Positions 37,527-46,986 are shown, counted from the stretch's first letter. The stretch: 64,000 nucleotides of DNA from Oscillospiraceae bacterium (GCA_900768105.1 CAAGBQ010000055.1:928-64927), one strand, 5' to 3'. Made by a program: numbers and translations. Notes: generated by a model not told the origin, from the letters alone.

Positions 37527-38324
37527 ATGGATTTTGAAGAGCTTTATGGTATAAAAAATGAAGCGGAGCGGGTAAACCGTACCTACGATATATTTAATGA
37601 GGAAAAAAGGCTTTCTTCAAAGGCTGCACAGATTGAATTTATCACAACCGTACGCTATATCGAAAAATATCTTAAACCCGGCGACAAAATATTGGATATA
37701 GGAGCGGGAACGGGTGCATACAGCATTTATTTTTCACGCAACGGTTACGAGATTTCCGCGTTGGAGCTTGCAGATGCAAACATCCGCGCTTTTCGCAAAA
37801 AAATAATGCCGAGCGACTGCATAGACCTTGTGCAGGGCAACGCCCTTGACCTTTCGCGCTATCCGGATAAGCATTTTGACATAGTTCTCGTGCTTGGTCC
37901 GCTTTATCATTTGGAAAAGCCGGAGGACAAGCAGCGCTGCATTGAGGAAGCAAAGCGTGTTTGCAAGGATAGCGGAAAGATATTCTTTGCTTTTATTTCA
38001 AACGATATGGTTGCCCTAACGGAATTTGCATGTAATGGCAAGTATTTTCTTGGCGATACATATGACCACGAAACATTTAAAGTGTTTGATTTTCCGTTTG
38101 TATTTCAGACGGTTGACGAAATGCGCGAAATTTTACACCGCGGCGGCGTGAAAATCCTGAATGAGGTTGCTTCCGACGGAATGAGCGAGCTTTTGGCGGA
38201 GCGCATAAATGCTGCTGATGAAGTAAGCTATGACCAATATTTGCGGTATCATTTTTATACCTGCGAGAAGCCGGAAATGTTGGGCAGAAGCAATCACCTG
38301 CTTTTTGCCACGGAGAAAGAATAA
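37527..38324 (+). CDS. Class I SAM-dependent methyltransferase
   Basis: ILDIGAGTGAYS motif I. Confidence 0.8.
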   Translation: MDFEELYGIKNEAERVNRTYDIFNEEKRLSSKAAQIEFITTVRYIEKYLKPGDKILDIGAGTGAYSIYFSRNGYEISALELADANIRAFRKKIMPSDCIDLVQGNALDLSRYPDKHFDIVLVLGPLYHLEKPEDKQRCIEEAKRVCKDSGKIFFAFISNDMVALTEFACNGKYFLGDTYDHETFKVFDFPFVFQTVDEMREILHRGGVKILNEVASDGMSELLAERINAADEVSYDQYLRYHFYTCEKPEMLGRSNHLLFATEKE

Positions 38325-38337
38325 AGATAAACCGACG

Positions 38338-38363
38338 AAAGCCCCGCGTAAGCGGGGCTTTTT
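38338..38363 (+). terminator. Intrinsic terminator
   Basis: aaagccccgc-gtaa-gcggggcttt followed by T-run. Confidence 0.7.
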
Positions 38364-38456
38364 GCTTTATGAACAATGTGTTAAAAATAAAACTAAATGG
38401 CACAAAATATAGCACATTACACAAATTAACATGGCGAAATTTGTCACTTATGCCTA

Positions 38457-38484
38457 TTGAAAAATATTATTTCCAGTGTATAAT
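38457..38484 (+). promoter_or_regulatory. Candidate promoter of the AT-rich two-gene islet
   Basis: TTGAAA-16 nt-TATAAT, about 95 nt upstream of the ATG at 38581. Confidence 0.45.
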
Positions 38485-38580
38485 AGAGATGAAAATATAA
38501 AGGAAGAAAAAGAATATTGCGGACGGATAATCTTTTAATTTCTTATATTTCAAAATTTTTAATATAAAGGAGTTGTTGTT

Positions 38581-39375
38581 ATGAAAAAAACTAAAAAAAT
38601 CATTGCACTGTTTCTTGCATTGTGCATGATTTGTCTGTCAGCTGTTGTTGCATTTGCGGATGGGTCCGAAGAGGAAACGAAATATATTCCGCTTTGGATG
38701 AAACCGTACACGGTTATTGTGTATGACGCAAGTGGAAATCCGACCATCACAAAAGGTGGAGAACTTACACCCGAGGAAATATCCAAAAGACAAGATATAG
38801 CGGCGGTAGGCTTGGTAGATGAGTCAGCAGAGATGGTTGTGGTGCCGAACACGAAGGTTGAATACGATCTTCACGGATTTATGACCAATATCTACTACCT
38901 TGTTCCGGGTACACAGTCGGAATATCAGTTATCAAATCCGATTAGAACAAGAGTAAGATCTGGAATCATGGATGATGGTACAACTTATACATATCCCAAA
39001 TCCTATTATAACTATGATACACAGCAAAATGAGTATTGTGAATTAACGAGAGCGAACGGGTATATAACGGGTACTGGCAGAATAACTTTTTATGTAGGTG
39101 CAAAGGGTGAAGCCGGAACACATATTTTGGAAGAAGACGATTGTGCAACAAAGCAAGGTTATGCTGATGTTAAAGGCGGAACTAAAGTTACAGCTACGAA
39201 TACCAAAAACGGTAAGTCTCATGATTACTATAAGTATGATGTTGGCTCAATGCCAAAAGCTATTCTTGACATTTGGTCTGATGATAAAGTGAACCCTATT
39301 ACTAAAATATCCACAAATGGCAAGATAGACAATGTATACTCTGGTACAATACGCCTTAGAGTAGTAAGCTACTGA
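38581..39375 (+). CDS. Secreted hypothetical protein, possibly with a C-terminal RlpA/3D-like double-psi beta-barrel
   Basis: Signal peptide ...SAVVAFA. C-terminal GGTKVTATNTKNGKSHDYYKYDVGSMPKAILDIW resembles the RlpA DPBB core (weak, from memory). AT-rich codon usage. Confidence 0.55.
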   Translation: MKKTKKIIALFLALCMICLSAVVAFADGSEEETKYIPLWMKPYTVIVYDASGNPTITKGGELTPEEISKRQDIAAVGLVDESAEMVVVPNTKVEYDLHGFMTNIYYLVPGTQSEYQLSNPIRTRVRSGIMDDGTTYTYPKSYYNYDTQQNEYCELTRANGYITGTGRITFYVGAKGEAGTHILEEDDCATKQGYADVKGGTKVTATNTKNGKSHDYYKYDVGSMPKAILDIWSDDKVNPITKISTNGKIDNVYSGTIRLRVVSY

Positions 39376-39401
39376 TACTAATATAATCAGGAGATAAAAT
39401 T

Positions 39402-40517
39402 ATGAATAAAGTGACAAGAACGATTATCGTTGCTATAATTCTTGTTGCTATGCTCGCCTGCTGCAATGCAAATGCATTGCAGCAGGATTTTGAAAATAGC
39501 AGCACAAGCTTTCCTTCAGAGTCAAGCGATGCGAATGAACAAACAGACGACAATCCCTACCTTTCTATAACATATATAAAAGAAAATAAAGAAAGTTCAA
39601 CCGGTTGGGATACGGTATTTTATACTTATGATATAAATTCCAAAACACTGAAAGAAGAATGCGTTTTTCCATGTGATACAGGCTATGCTTCCGGCGTTGT
39701 ATCAAAATACGATAATGCAATTTATTATTCGGCAAATACGGTTGAGGGCGACTTCAGCGCAAACAGCCTTTGGAAATACGATATTGCGACGGGTGAAGCA
39801 ACAATAATTGATAATGAAAATCATTCCTATAACGATATTTTACTTGTAGATAGAAATACTTTACTTGTAATGATGATAACGGATGCAGATGAAAGGCCGA
39901 TTATGCCGGTAACTTTTGATTTGGCGAGCAAGGAATTTACTTATATGGCGGATGTAAATAATGAGCCGTTTATCTATACGAGCGGAGCTACAACGCCGAT
40001 ATATAATTATAAAACACAGGAATTCGCTTGTATTTACTGGAAAAGAAGTGAAGACCATGGTGATAATGGTTATACATCTTACGAAACGGCAATAGATCAT
40101 TATCTTACAGTTACATCAAAGGATTTAGTAAAAGATAAGAACAAAAGTTTCACTCATAGGGCAAGAATAGATGAAATGAATATGGATGCAGCAGTCCAGA
40201 TTTCCGAAAATGAGTTCCTTGTTACAATGGAAAATGCACCACACAGTGATGTTATCGAGTATTATTCGCTTGTTTTCGGTGAAGACGGAACGACATTCAC
40301 AAAAGTGGATTGTCCATATCCGGATTCTGATTATGTGATGAATTTGTACACCATTGACGGCGGCAAAACATTCTTCTTCTACCTTTACGGCGACCGCAGG
40401 GGAAACCTGAACGGTGTGTATTCCTATGACACAGAAACGGATGAACTGACACCGGTTCTGCTCAATGACGAAAAAACAAAAGGGCATTATGTAAACTTTT
40501 CTATCGTTGGTCCATAA
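39402..40517 (+). CDS. Hypothetical lipoprotein, beta-propeller-like (DUF5050/TolB-like flavour)
   Basis: Lipobox-like VAMLACC. Repeated YY/WKYD/YSYD strands. AGGAGA RBS. Confidence 0.55.
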   Translation: MNKVTRTIIVAIILVAMLACCNANALQQDFENSSTSFPSESSDANEQTDDNPYLSITYIKENKESSTGWDTVFYTYDINSKTLKEECVFPCDTGYASGVVSKYDNAIYYSANTVEGDFSANSLWKYDIATGEATIIDNENHSYNDILLVDRNTLLVMMITDADERPIMPVTFDLASKEFTYMADVNNEPFIYTSGATTPIYNYKTQEFACIYWKRSEDHGDNGYTSYETAIDHYLTVTSKDLVKDKNKSFTHRARIDEMNMDAAVQISENEFLVTMENAPHSDVIEYYSLVFGEDGTTFTKVDCPYPDSDYVMNLYTIDGGKTFFFYLYGDRRGNLNGVYSYDTETDELTPVLLNDEKTKGHYVNFSIVGP

Positions 40518-40530
40518 TTTTATAAAACAC

Positions 40531-40560
40531 AATCGCCCCTGCCATTCGGCAGGGGCGATT
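40531..40560. terminator. Hairpin between convergent genes
   Basis: aatcgcccctgcc-attc-ggcaggggcgatt, a perfect 13-bp stem. Confidence 0.6.
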
Positions 40561-40577
40561 CTTCAAAGAAGGCAAAC

Positions 40578-41825
40578 TTAAACTTCCGCTTTGATTCTTT
40601 TAAGATGGGCGTATTTTGGCATTCCGTTTTCAAAGGTTTGCTCAACCTGCCCTTGGATAAGCGGCAGAGCATATTCTATGAATTTTTCGTTTACATTGTT
40701 GCCCGCTTCGTTTATCCATTCGCGCGGAACCAGCTTTTCGACATTGGCAACCTCGGAAAGGGGAACAAGCTTCATTATACATTTATATCCTTCCGTTGTG
40801 TCACGGCGGAAGGCAATCATTTTGCCGGTTTCGCCGGCAACGGCAGCTTCAACGGCGGCTTTGCCCGCCGCAAAGGCTTCGTCGCGGTCGGTTTTGGAAG
40901 CACAGTGCGCAGCGCAGCGCTGGAGCAGCGAAAGCTCGATTCCGCGCACCTTTGCTCCGGTGCGGTTGCGAATAATATTTGCCATGGTGGCGGCAAGACC
41001 GCCAAGCTGAACATGGCCGAAGGAGTCTTTTATATTGGTATCGTTAATGCCATATTCGCTTATGAACATTCCGGTTTTGTCTTTAATGCCCTCGGACATA
41101 ACGATAACAATACGCTTGTGCTTTTTGCGGCATTCGTCAAGGTCGATGAAGAATTGCTCCATATCAAAGTCAATTTCGGGAAGATAAATGAACATAGGAC
41201 CTTGACAATTAAGCTTTGCGAGGGCGGCCGCACCGGCAAGCCAGCCTGCGTGGCGGCCCATAACCTCAATTATAACGATAGCTTCTTTATCATAAACATG
41301 AACATCCTTGATAACCTCTGAAACGGAGGTAGCAATATATTTTGCGGCGGAACCATAGCCGGGGCAATGGTCTGTATCAAGAAGGTCGTTATCTATGGTT
41401 TTGGGGATTCCGATTATGCGGCACTCATAATCCTGCATGGACATATATTCGGATATTTTATTGCAGGTGTCCATACTGTCGTTGCCGCCGTTATAGAAGA
41501 AATAGCGAATGTCATATTTTTTGAATATCTCAAGAATACGCTTGTAATCGGATTCATCTTCGGAATAGGGCTTTAACTTATAGCGACAACTGCGGATAAG
41601 GGAGGCGGGGGTGCTCATCATAAGTTCAAGCATTTCCGGATCCTCTTTTTCCATATCAATAATATCATCATCCAAAACGCCGCGGATTCCATGCTGTGCA
41701 GCGTAAACATGGGTAATGCATTCCTGCTCCATTGCGGTTTTGATAACGCCGTATGCGCTTGCGTTGATTACGGCAGTGGGGCCGCCGGATTGCCCGATAA
41801 GGCATGCTCCTTTGAGTTCGGTCAT
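40578..41825 (-). CDS. pfp: Pyrophosphate-dependent 6-phosphofructokinase
   Basis: PFK motifs GGPTAVINAS, GGNDS, PKTIDND, MGRHAGW. The Asp in GGNDS and the Lys in PKTIDND are the established PPi-type discriminators. Start at MTELKG (41825). Confidence 0.9.
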   Translation of the reverse strand: MTELKGACLIGQSGGPTAVINASAYGVIKTAMEQECITHVYAAQHGIRGVLDDDIIDMEKEDPEMLELMMSTPASLIRSCRYKLKPYSEDESDYKRILEIFKKYDIRYFFYNGGNDSMDTCNKISEYMSMQDYECRIIGIPKTIDNDLLDTDHCPGYGSAAKYIATSVSEVIKDVHVYDKEAIVIIEVMGRHAGWLAGAAALAKLNCQGPMFIYLPEIDFDMEQFFIDLDECRKKHKRIVIVMSEGIKDKTGMFISEYGINDTNIKDSFGHVQLGGLAATMANIIRNRTGAKVRGIELSLLQRCAAHCASKTDRDEAFAAGKAAVEAAVAGETGKMIAFRRDTTEGYKCIMKLVPLSEVANVEKLVPREWINEAGNNVNEKFIEYALPLIQGQVEQTFENGMPKYAHLKRIKAEV

Positions 41826-41955
41826 AAAAAGTGTTCCCCTTTCAAGTGATAGTATAATTTTACCACACCGGCGCGGCATATTCAATATGTAATAGATACA
41901 AAAAGAGGGCGCTATTTATGTGCAAAATAGCTATAAAAGCATAATGGGGAAAATC

Positions 41956-44900
41956 TCAAAAACACATCATGTACAAGAACACAAAATAAATATGCTGCTG
42001 TGTTAGTAAATGTGCCCAAAATGTAAAATGCCGAATTTTTAAGAAATTTGGCGTCTGCACCACTGCATCTGTGCCGCCTCTTGAGGCAATAAAGGTAGTT
42101 ACGGATTTAGATACATACTTACCGTTTATCTTCTTCGGCACTTCTGCATTTTGGTTCAGGGTGTAAAATACGCCGTTGTCGTTAAGCCACTTGCCGTAGT
42201 TATATGCGGATTTGGAAACCCTTACGGAGCTTCCGTCCTTGTTCTGTGCGTAATATTTGCCGTCCTGCTCAATAAACTTTGCGCCGTCCTTTGCAAGGTT
42301 CGCTATGTTCTGCGCAACGGTGATTTCGCCGAGCATAGGGTCGTTTATCTTCCTTGCAAGTGCGGCTCTTTCACCGCTCGGAATATCGTTATCAGCCTTG
42401 TATCTGTCGAAATCGGAAAAAGGCTTTTTCTTCTGCGGAAGTGCTCCGTTCTCGTTAATGGCTCTCGTAATGTTCTGCCTGTCGCTTTCCATTGCGCCGA
42501 CCGTTTCGGGGTGCTCCGCTCCGTTTTGATATTCGGGGGAATATTCGTTAGCGGGGTTGACAGCTTTGTTAGATTCTGCTATACTCTTAATAGAGGCAAC
42601 CTCCAGTTGCTCTGATGTCCGTGAGTTTAGCTCTGGCTCAGAGGAGGTTGTCTTTTTTTTATTTATATTTGAAAGGTCGTAAAAAAGCTTTCTTCCGTCT
42701 TTTTTTACCCCTATCAAAACATCCGCAGAATATTCATTTTCGCCGATTTTCAGGTTTACATTTCCTCTGTCAAAAGAAACAATATTATCGTTCCTCGGAT
42801 GCTCCGGAGGCTCATTTTTATACTCGGTGCTTTGGGAAATGGTATCAAGATATGGCGAAGTACGCATTTTATCTGCGTATACTTCCGGCTCATAAGATGA
42901 AAGGCTTTTGCTTTCTTTGGAATTTGAAAACTCTCCCCGGCTTTTTGCAGAAACCTCAATATGTTCTCCGTTTATGCTGAATCCTTCAGGGAAAACACTG
43001 CGGATAATGTTCTTAACCCTCGCAAGCCAATCTTTTTTCGGAATGTTTTCAAGAACATCCGATTTTATATCAATGGTAGTGTTATTGTCTGCATCGGTAA
43101 TAACGCTAACGCCCTTTTTTATCTCCGCAACTTCTTGTTTAGAAAGAGAGTATTTTTCTCTCTTCGTTAAGCTGTCATTTTCCGCTTGAGCACCGATATT
43201 TTCTGTTTGAGCACCGACATTTTCGGCTTGAGCACCGTTTTGAGCACGCATAAGCTCCAATTTTTCCTTGTATTTATCAATGAGCACGGAAACCTCGTCT
43301 GTATCATAAAAGTAATCGCTGCCGTTCTCATCGGCGGTTATTTGCTCAAGCTTGTACATCATTTCGCTGTATCTGTCGGGGTTTTTCTGCTCAAGCTTCG
43401 CCATATCGCCGTTTTCAAGGTGCTTTTTATAGTTTTCAAGGGTCTGTATGGTATTTTCAAGCTTTTTTTCCGTGCTCACGGGCTTTTTCTTCGGGGCTTG
43501 CTTTTCGGTTTTCTGCTCTGTTTTTTGAGAAAAATTCTTATCTCGGTACGCTTCAAGCTTCTTTATAGCCTCTCTGCGTGCCGCAATTTCGCTTTCCTCA
43601 AGCCGAAGCTGTACGGCGTCGCCGTTGTCCGCTTCGTCCCAGTACATACCGTTGTCGGCTTCCTCTTTGTACCTTGCAATAAGCGAATCGACATTTTTAC
43701 GGCTGTTAAGTAAAAAAGCGTCGTCCTCGTTCATAATCATTCCGTTATCAGAAAATGCCTTGGCGTTCGCTCCGTCCCTTGCTCTCTGCCCGTTTTCAAA
43801 GGCTTTCTGCATAGCACCTTTCAGCTTTTCGCCAAAGCTCGGGTGCTTTTTCGTAAAGGCTTCAAAGCTCTCTGCGTTGTACGCTTCGTTGTACAATGCT
43901 TCAAACCTCGATTGCTTCATACTGGTATTGCTGAAATCCTTGTACGCGCGTTTTACCGTGTCCCTGTCCGCTTTAAGCTGTGCGCCCTGCTGTGGGGCTT
44001 TCTGCGGGGCTTTTGTTTCGGCTTCACTCTTTACCTCTGTGGGCTTTTGAGCCTGCTGTGGTGCTTCCTGTTTGGGCTGTGCGGGGGTTTCGGTTTCCTG
44101 CCGTGCGGGGGCTTCCTGTGCAGCCTTTTTCTCGTTAAACAGCTCGATGTATGCCTGCTTGTACGCTTCTTTTTCCGTGCCTTCACTGCCGTTATACAGG
44201 TTTCTGATGCGCTGGAGTTTTTGCTCTATGGTAAGGTCGCTGTTTTTAACCGTTTCGATGGTTTTCTGTGCGGGATTTACTTTTTTTTCTGTGGTTTTTT
44301 TCTCCGCCGCTCTAACATCAAGCTGGTCAAGCATTTCCTCGTGCTTTACTTCCTTTTTGGAAGGCTTCTTTTTCGGGGCTTCCTGCTCCGTCTGTGCGGG
44401 GGCTTCCTGCTGTGTTTGAGTTTCTGCCTGCACATTTCCCGCCACGGAAGAAACGCTCTCTGCGGGGCTTGTAGGGGCTTGCTGAACAGTGTCGGGAATT
44501 GTTGCATCAAGTTGCGATTCAATCTTCGCCTTAACAACAGGGTCTTGCGACGCCTGATAACCGGTTGTTAAGTTGTCAAGCAGTTCGGTTTTTGCACGGT
44601 CGAGCTTTGCGTCAGTTTCCGCATTACCGGTATATGTGTTGTTGCCAAGTCTGTTTACGATTTGTTGCCCTCCGGAAAGCGCCACATTTCCTAATCCGAA
44701 TATACCGCCGCTCCAAAATCCGGTTTTGGCGTTGTCTAACGCTACATTCAGGTCGTAAACCTGATTCCATTTGCCCTGAACCGCAAGGTCAATAACACCT
44801 TGAGTAAGATAATTAAGGGTATACTCGGCAAATTCTTCTCCGCCTTCTTCAAAAGCGTTGTAAAGGAGATTTGTAATCCATTTTTGCTTTGCTGCGCTTT

Positions 44901-45117
44901 CAAGCTTGTTCAGCGGGCTTTTGCTTCCGCCAATACCGCCCATAGCTTCTGTGATATACGATATTGCACCTGCCGCGGTTGCTCTTATTGTGCTTTCAAG
45001 CTTTCCCTGCCCCTCTGCTCTGCATTCAACATATTTGTCGGCCGCGCTGCTCGCTGCCATTGCGCCGGTGTATATCCCGCCTTCAAAGTCATGTGCTGCT
45101 TTTCCGGCTGCAGGCAT
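41956..45117 (-). CDS. 1053-aa low-complexity, polyvalent-protein-like ORF, probably a truncated remnant of a phage or ICE giant protein
   Basis: No usable RBS. The N-terminus begins mid-domain. Long E/K/Q/A/P-rich linkers separate globular blocks. The last ~30 aa (NFLKIRHFTFWAHLLTQQHIYFVFLYMMCF) look like read-through into non-coding DNA. Confidence 0.55.
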   Translation of the reverse strand: MPAAGKAAHDFEGGIYTGAMAASSAADKYVECRAEGQGKLESTIRATAAGAISYITEAMGGIGGSKSPLNKLESAAKQKWITNLLYNAFEEGGEEFAEYTLNYLTQGVIDLAVQGKWNQVYDLNVALDNAKTGFWSGGIFGLGNVALSGGQQIVNRLGNNTYTGNAETDAKLDRAKTELLDNLTTGYQASQDPVVKAKIESQLDATIPDTVQQAPTSPAESVSSVAGNVQAETQTQQEAPAQTEQEAPKKKPSKKEVKHEEMLDQLDVRAAEKKTTEKKVNPAQKTIETVKNSDLTIEQKLQRIRNLYNGSEGTEKEAYKQAYIELFNEKKAAQEAPARQETETPAQPKQEAPQQAQKPTEVKSEAETKAPQKAPQQGAQLKADRDTVKRAYKDFSNTSMKQSRFEALYNEAYNAESFEAFTKKHPSFGEKLKGAMQKAFENGQRARDGANAKAFSDNGMIMNEDDAFLLNSRKNVDSLIARYKEEADNGMYWDEADNGDAVQLRLEESEIAARREAIKKLEAYRDKNFSQKTEQKTEKQAPKKKPVSTEKKLENTIQTLENYKKHLENGDMAKLEQKNPDRYSEMMYKLEQITADENGSDYFYDTDEVSVLIDKYKEKLELMRAQNGAQAENVGAQTENIGAQAENDSLTKREKYSLSKQEVAEIKKGVSVITDADNNTTIDIKSDVLENIPKKDWLARVKNIIRSVFPEGFSINGEHIEVSAKSRGEFSNSKESKSLSSYEPEVYADKMRTSPYLDTISQSTEYKNEPPEHPRNDNIVSFDRGNVNLKIGENEYSADVLIGVKKDGRKLFYDLSNINKKKTTSSEPELNSRTSEQLEVASIKSIAESNKAVNPANEYSPEYQNGAEHPETVGAMESDRQNITRAINENGALPQKKKPFSDFDRYKADNDIPSGERAALARKINDPMLGEITVAQNIANLAKDGAKFIEQDGKYYAQNKDGSSVRVSKSAYNYGKWLNDNGVFYTLNQNAEVPKKINGKYVSKSVTTFIASRGGTDAVVQTPNFLKIRHFTFWAHLLTQQHIYFVFLYMMCF
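43186..43248. repeat. Three and a half tandem copies of a 21-bp unit (ttgagcaccgayattttcngy) inside the large ORF
   Basis: Units start at 43186, 43207, 43228 and 43240 (partial). They encode AQNGAQAENVGAQTENIGAQAEN on the minus strand. Confidence 0.7.
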
Positions 45118-45196
45118 TCTCCGAATAATACTTGAAATGCAAAGGCAAAATTGCTATAATAGCATACGGAATATTTTGCGGAAAGGGATTTTTGAT

Positions 45197-45709
45197 TTGA
45201 GCTACAAAACTAAAGAAAATAATGCGGCTGCGCTTGTTACCACCATAATTTTTGTTGTTATAGTTGCGGCGGCTGTTGCGGCTGTTGTGTTTTTCGGCGG
45301 AACAAAGCAAACGCATGAGGAGGAGTACAGTTGGATAAAATCCGACAGCGCCGCGATTAACGGAATGTTGGACGGAAGCTGGTATACCGGCGAAAAAAAT
45401 CCCGCGGGAACGCTTTCATATAAGATTGCGGAGGAAATAACCGTTGGAAGCGATGGTAAAGGCGATTTTAAAATCGAAAATCCAGGAAAAAACAGCTGCC
45501 TTATGAAGGTGAAAATCACAATTTCCGGCGAAACTGTTTATGAAACCGGCTACATAAAGCCGAACCAGCACATAAATGAGGATATGCTCGAAAAATTGCC
45601 GCCCGTGGGCGAGTATGACGCCGATGTGACCTTTGAGGCGTTTGACCCCAGCACGGAAGCAAGCCTTGGTGCAACGGGAATGAAAATCAAAATTATTGTT
45701 GTGGAATAA
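45197..45709 (+). CDS. N-terminally membrane-anchored 170-aa beta-rich protein
   Basis: TTG start 8 nt after GAAAGGGA. TM segment AALVTTIIFVVIVAAAVAAVVFF. Divergent from the large ORF. Confidence 0.55.
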   Translation: MSYKTKENNAAALVTTIIFVVIVAAAVAAVVFFGGTKQTHEEEYSWIKSDSAAINGMLDGSWYTGEKNPAGTLSYKIAEEITVGSDGKGDFKIENPGKNSCLMKVKITISGETVYETGYIKPNQHINEDMLEKLPPVGEYDADVTFEAFDPSTEASLGATGMKIKIIVVE

Positions 45710-45712
45710 AAT

Positions 45713-45748
45713 AAAAACCGCTTTCCTAAAAAGAAAGCGGTTTTTATT
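45713..45748. terminator. Bidirectional terminator
   Basis: aaccgctttc-ctaaaaa-gaaagcggtt flanked by A- and T-runs. Confidence 0.65.
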
Positions 45749-46129
45749 TTAGAATATATTCGTAAATGTCGGCAGCTCCGAATCCCATATATCCTCCAAA
45801 AGAAGCTTGCATCGGGTTATTTCCGCGGCAAGCTCACCGCGTTCGCCATAAACGGCAAGCGGTTCAAACCGTGCCACCGCAAGGGTTATCTGGTCAAGCT
45901 GACCGTGGCGCACAATGCGGCAAAGGGTGTGGTGGCGTTCCATCCAATATTCGGTAAGCTCCTTTGCGGCGCTTGCCGCGGCGGCGGAATCGCCGCTTTC
46001 CACAAGCAAATACAGGCTGTCAAATTTTGAATCGAAATCGTTTTTTATGCCGGTAAGCAAAAAAAGTGCGCCCGCACTTATCAACACAACCGCCGCGATA
46101 AGTCCGACGGCAAGCCACATCCTCTTCAT
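45749..46129 (-). CDS. DUF4363-like small membrane-anchored protein
   Basis: N-terminal TM segment. Paired with and overlapping a DUF421 gene, a common arrangement in Clostridia. Assigned from memory. Confidence 0.5.
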   Translation of the reverse strand: MKRMWLAVGLIAAVVLISAGALFLLTGIKNDFDSKFDSLYLLVESGDSAAAASAAKELTEYWMERHHTLCRIVRHGQLDQITLAVARFEPLAVYGERGELAAEITRCKLLLEDIWDSELPTFTNIF

Positions 46130-46809
46130 TTGGCGGCCTCCTTTTTGACGATATAGTATTTTGCGGTGGGGTCGCAGGTCATAAGAAAAATTTCCTTTTC
46201 TGTTACGGCGTTTTCTTTAAGCACTCCGGAAAGCCACTTTTTTGTAAGGTTGCAGGCTTCAAGCACGGCGGGCATAATTACACCGTCGCTTATAAGCACC
46301 ATGGGAGGTGTATCGCACTGCTGATTTTCCGGGGAAACGAGCGCCTCCGGAGTGAGCGGCCGTGCCTTGAACTTTGGATAAACCGTAAGCTGACCGTTGG
46401 TTTCCACTATTGCCCAGGCAACCTCCTGCACATCAAAAATCCCGTTGATGCGGAGCTGGCTCATAAGGTCCTCGATTGAAAAGCGAAGTTCGCGCATACT
46501 TTTTTGGTCAATGAGGCCATTCCGTATTACCACCACCGGATTTCCGGTGACCATAGTTTGCGCTTTTCCGCTTTTCAGCGTAATATATGACAAAATTACC
46601 TCCGCGCTCATAAGGGTAATTATCGGTACAACCGCGCCAAGCAGCGGAATATCGGTGTCCTCGATGGAAAGCGTCGCAATGTTTGAAATAAGTATTGCAA
46701 TAACGAATTCCGACGGCTGAAGCTCGCCAAGCTGGCGCTTGCCCATAATGCGCAGACAGACAATTATGATGATATAAATCAGAAGAGTTCTGAAAAATAC
46801 AATAAACAA
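46126..46809 (-). CDS. DUF421 (YetF-like) membrane protein
   Basis: RIMGKRQLGELQPSEFVIAILISN is the characteristic N-terminal motif. Confidence 0.8.
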   Translation of the reverse strand: MFIVFFRTLLIYIIIIVCLRIMGKRQLGELQPSEFVIAILISNIATLSIEDTDIPLLGAVVPIITLMSAEVILSYITLKSGKAQTMVTGNPVVVIRNGLIDQKSMRELRFSIEDLMSQLRINGIFDVQEVAWAIVETNGQLTVYPKFKARPLTPEALVSPENQQCDTPPMVLISDGVIMPAVLEACNLTKKWLSGVLKENAVTEKEIFLMTCDPTAKYYIVKKEAAK

Positions 46810-46884
46810 AGCAAAGCTCCTTTCAAAAAAAAGGCTATGTTTGTATTATTGTTTCACGAAAATTCAAAATTAACATTGTATTTA

Positions 46885-46913
46885 TTGAAAAATTCCGAAA
46901 AGGCTGATATAAT
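46885..46913 (+). promoter_or_regulatory. Sigma-A promoter of lepB
   Basis: TTGAAA-17 nt-TATAAT. Confidence 0.5.
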
Positions 46914-46986
46914 AATTTAATTATCAGGTTAGTAAAAGAATGCCGCGTGTACGCGGCGATTTTAATAGATTACGGAGGGCGTTTTT

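Noticed and set aside
40605-41321. 238-aa plus-strand ORF and other ORFs antisense to the phosphofructokinase gene
   Set aside because: PFK motifs are unambiguous on the minus strand, so the plus-strand ORFs are shadows.
42151-44571. Multiple 90-240-aa plus-strand ORFs opposite the giant ORF
   Set aside because: They are Leu/Phe/Cys-rich mirror frames of a low-complexity E/K/Q/A-coding region, with no starts backed by an RBS.
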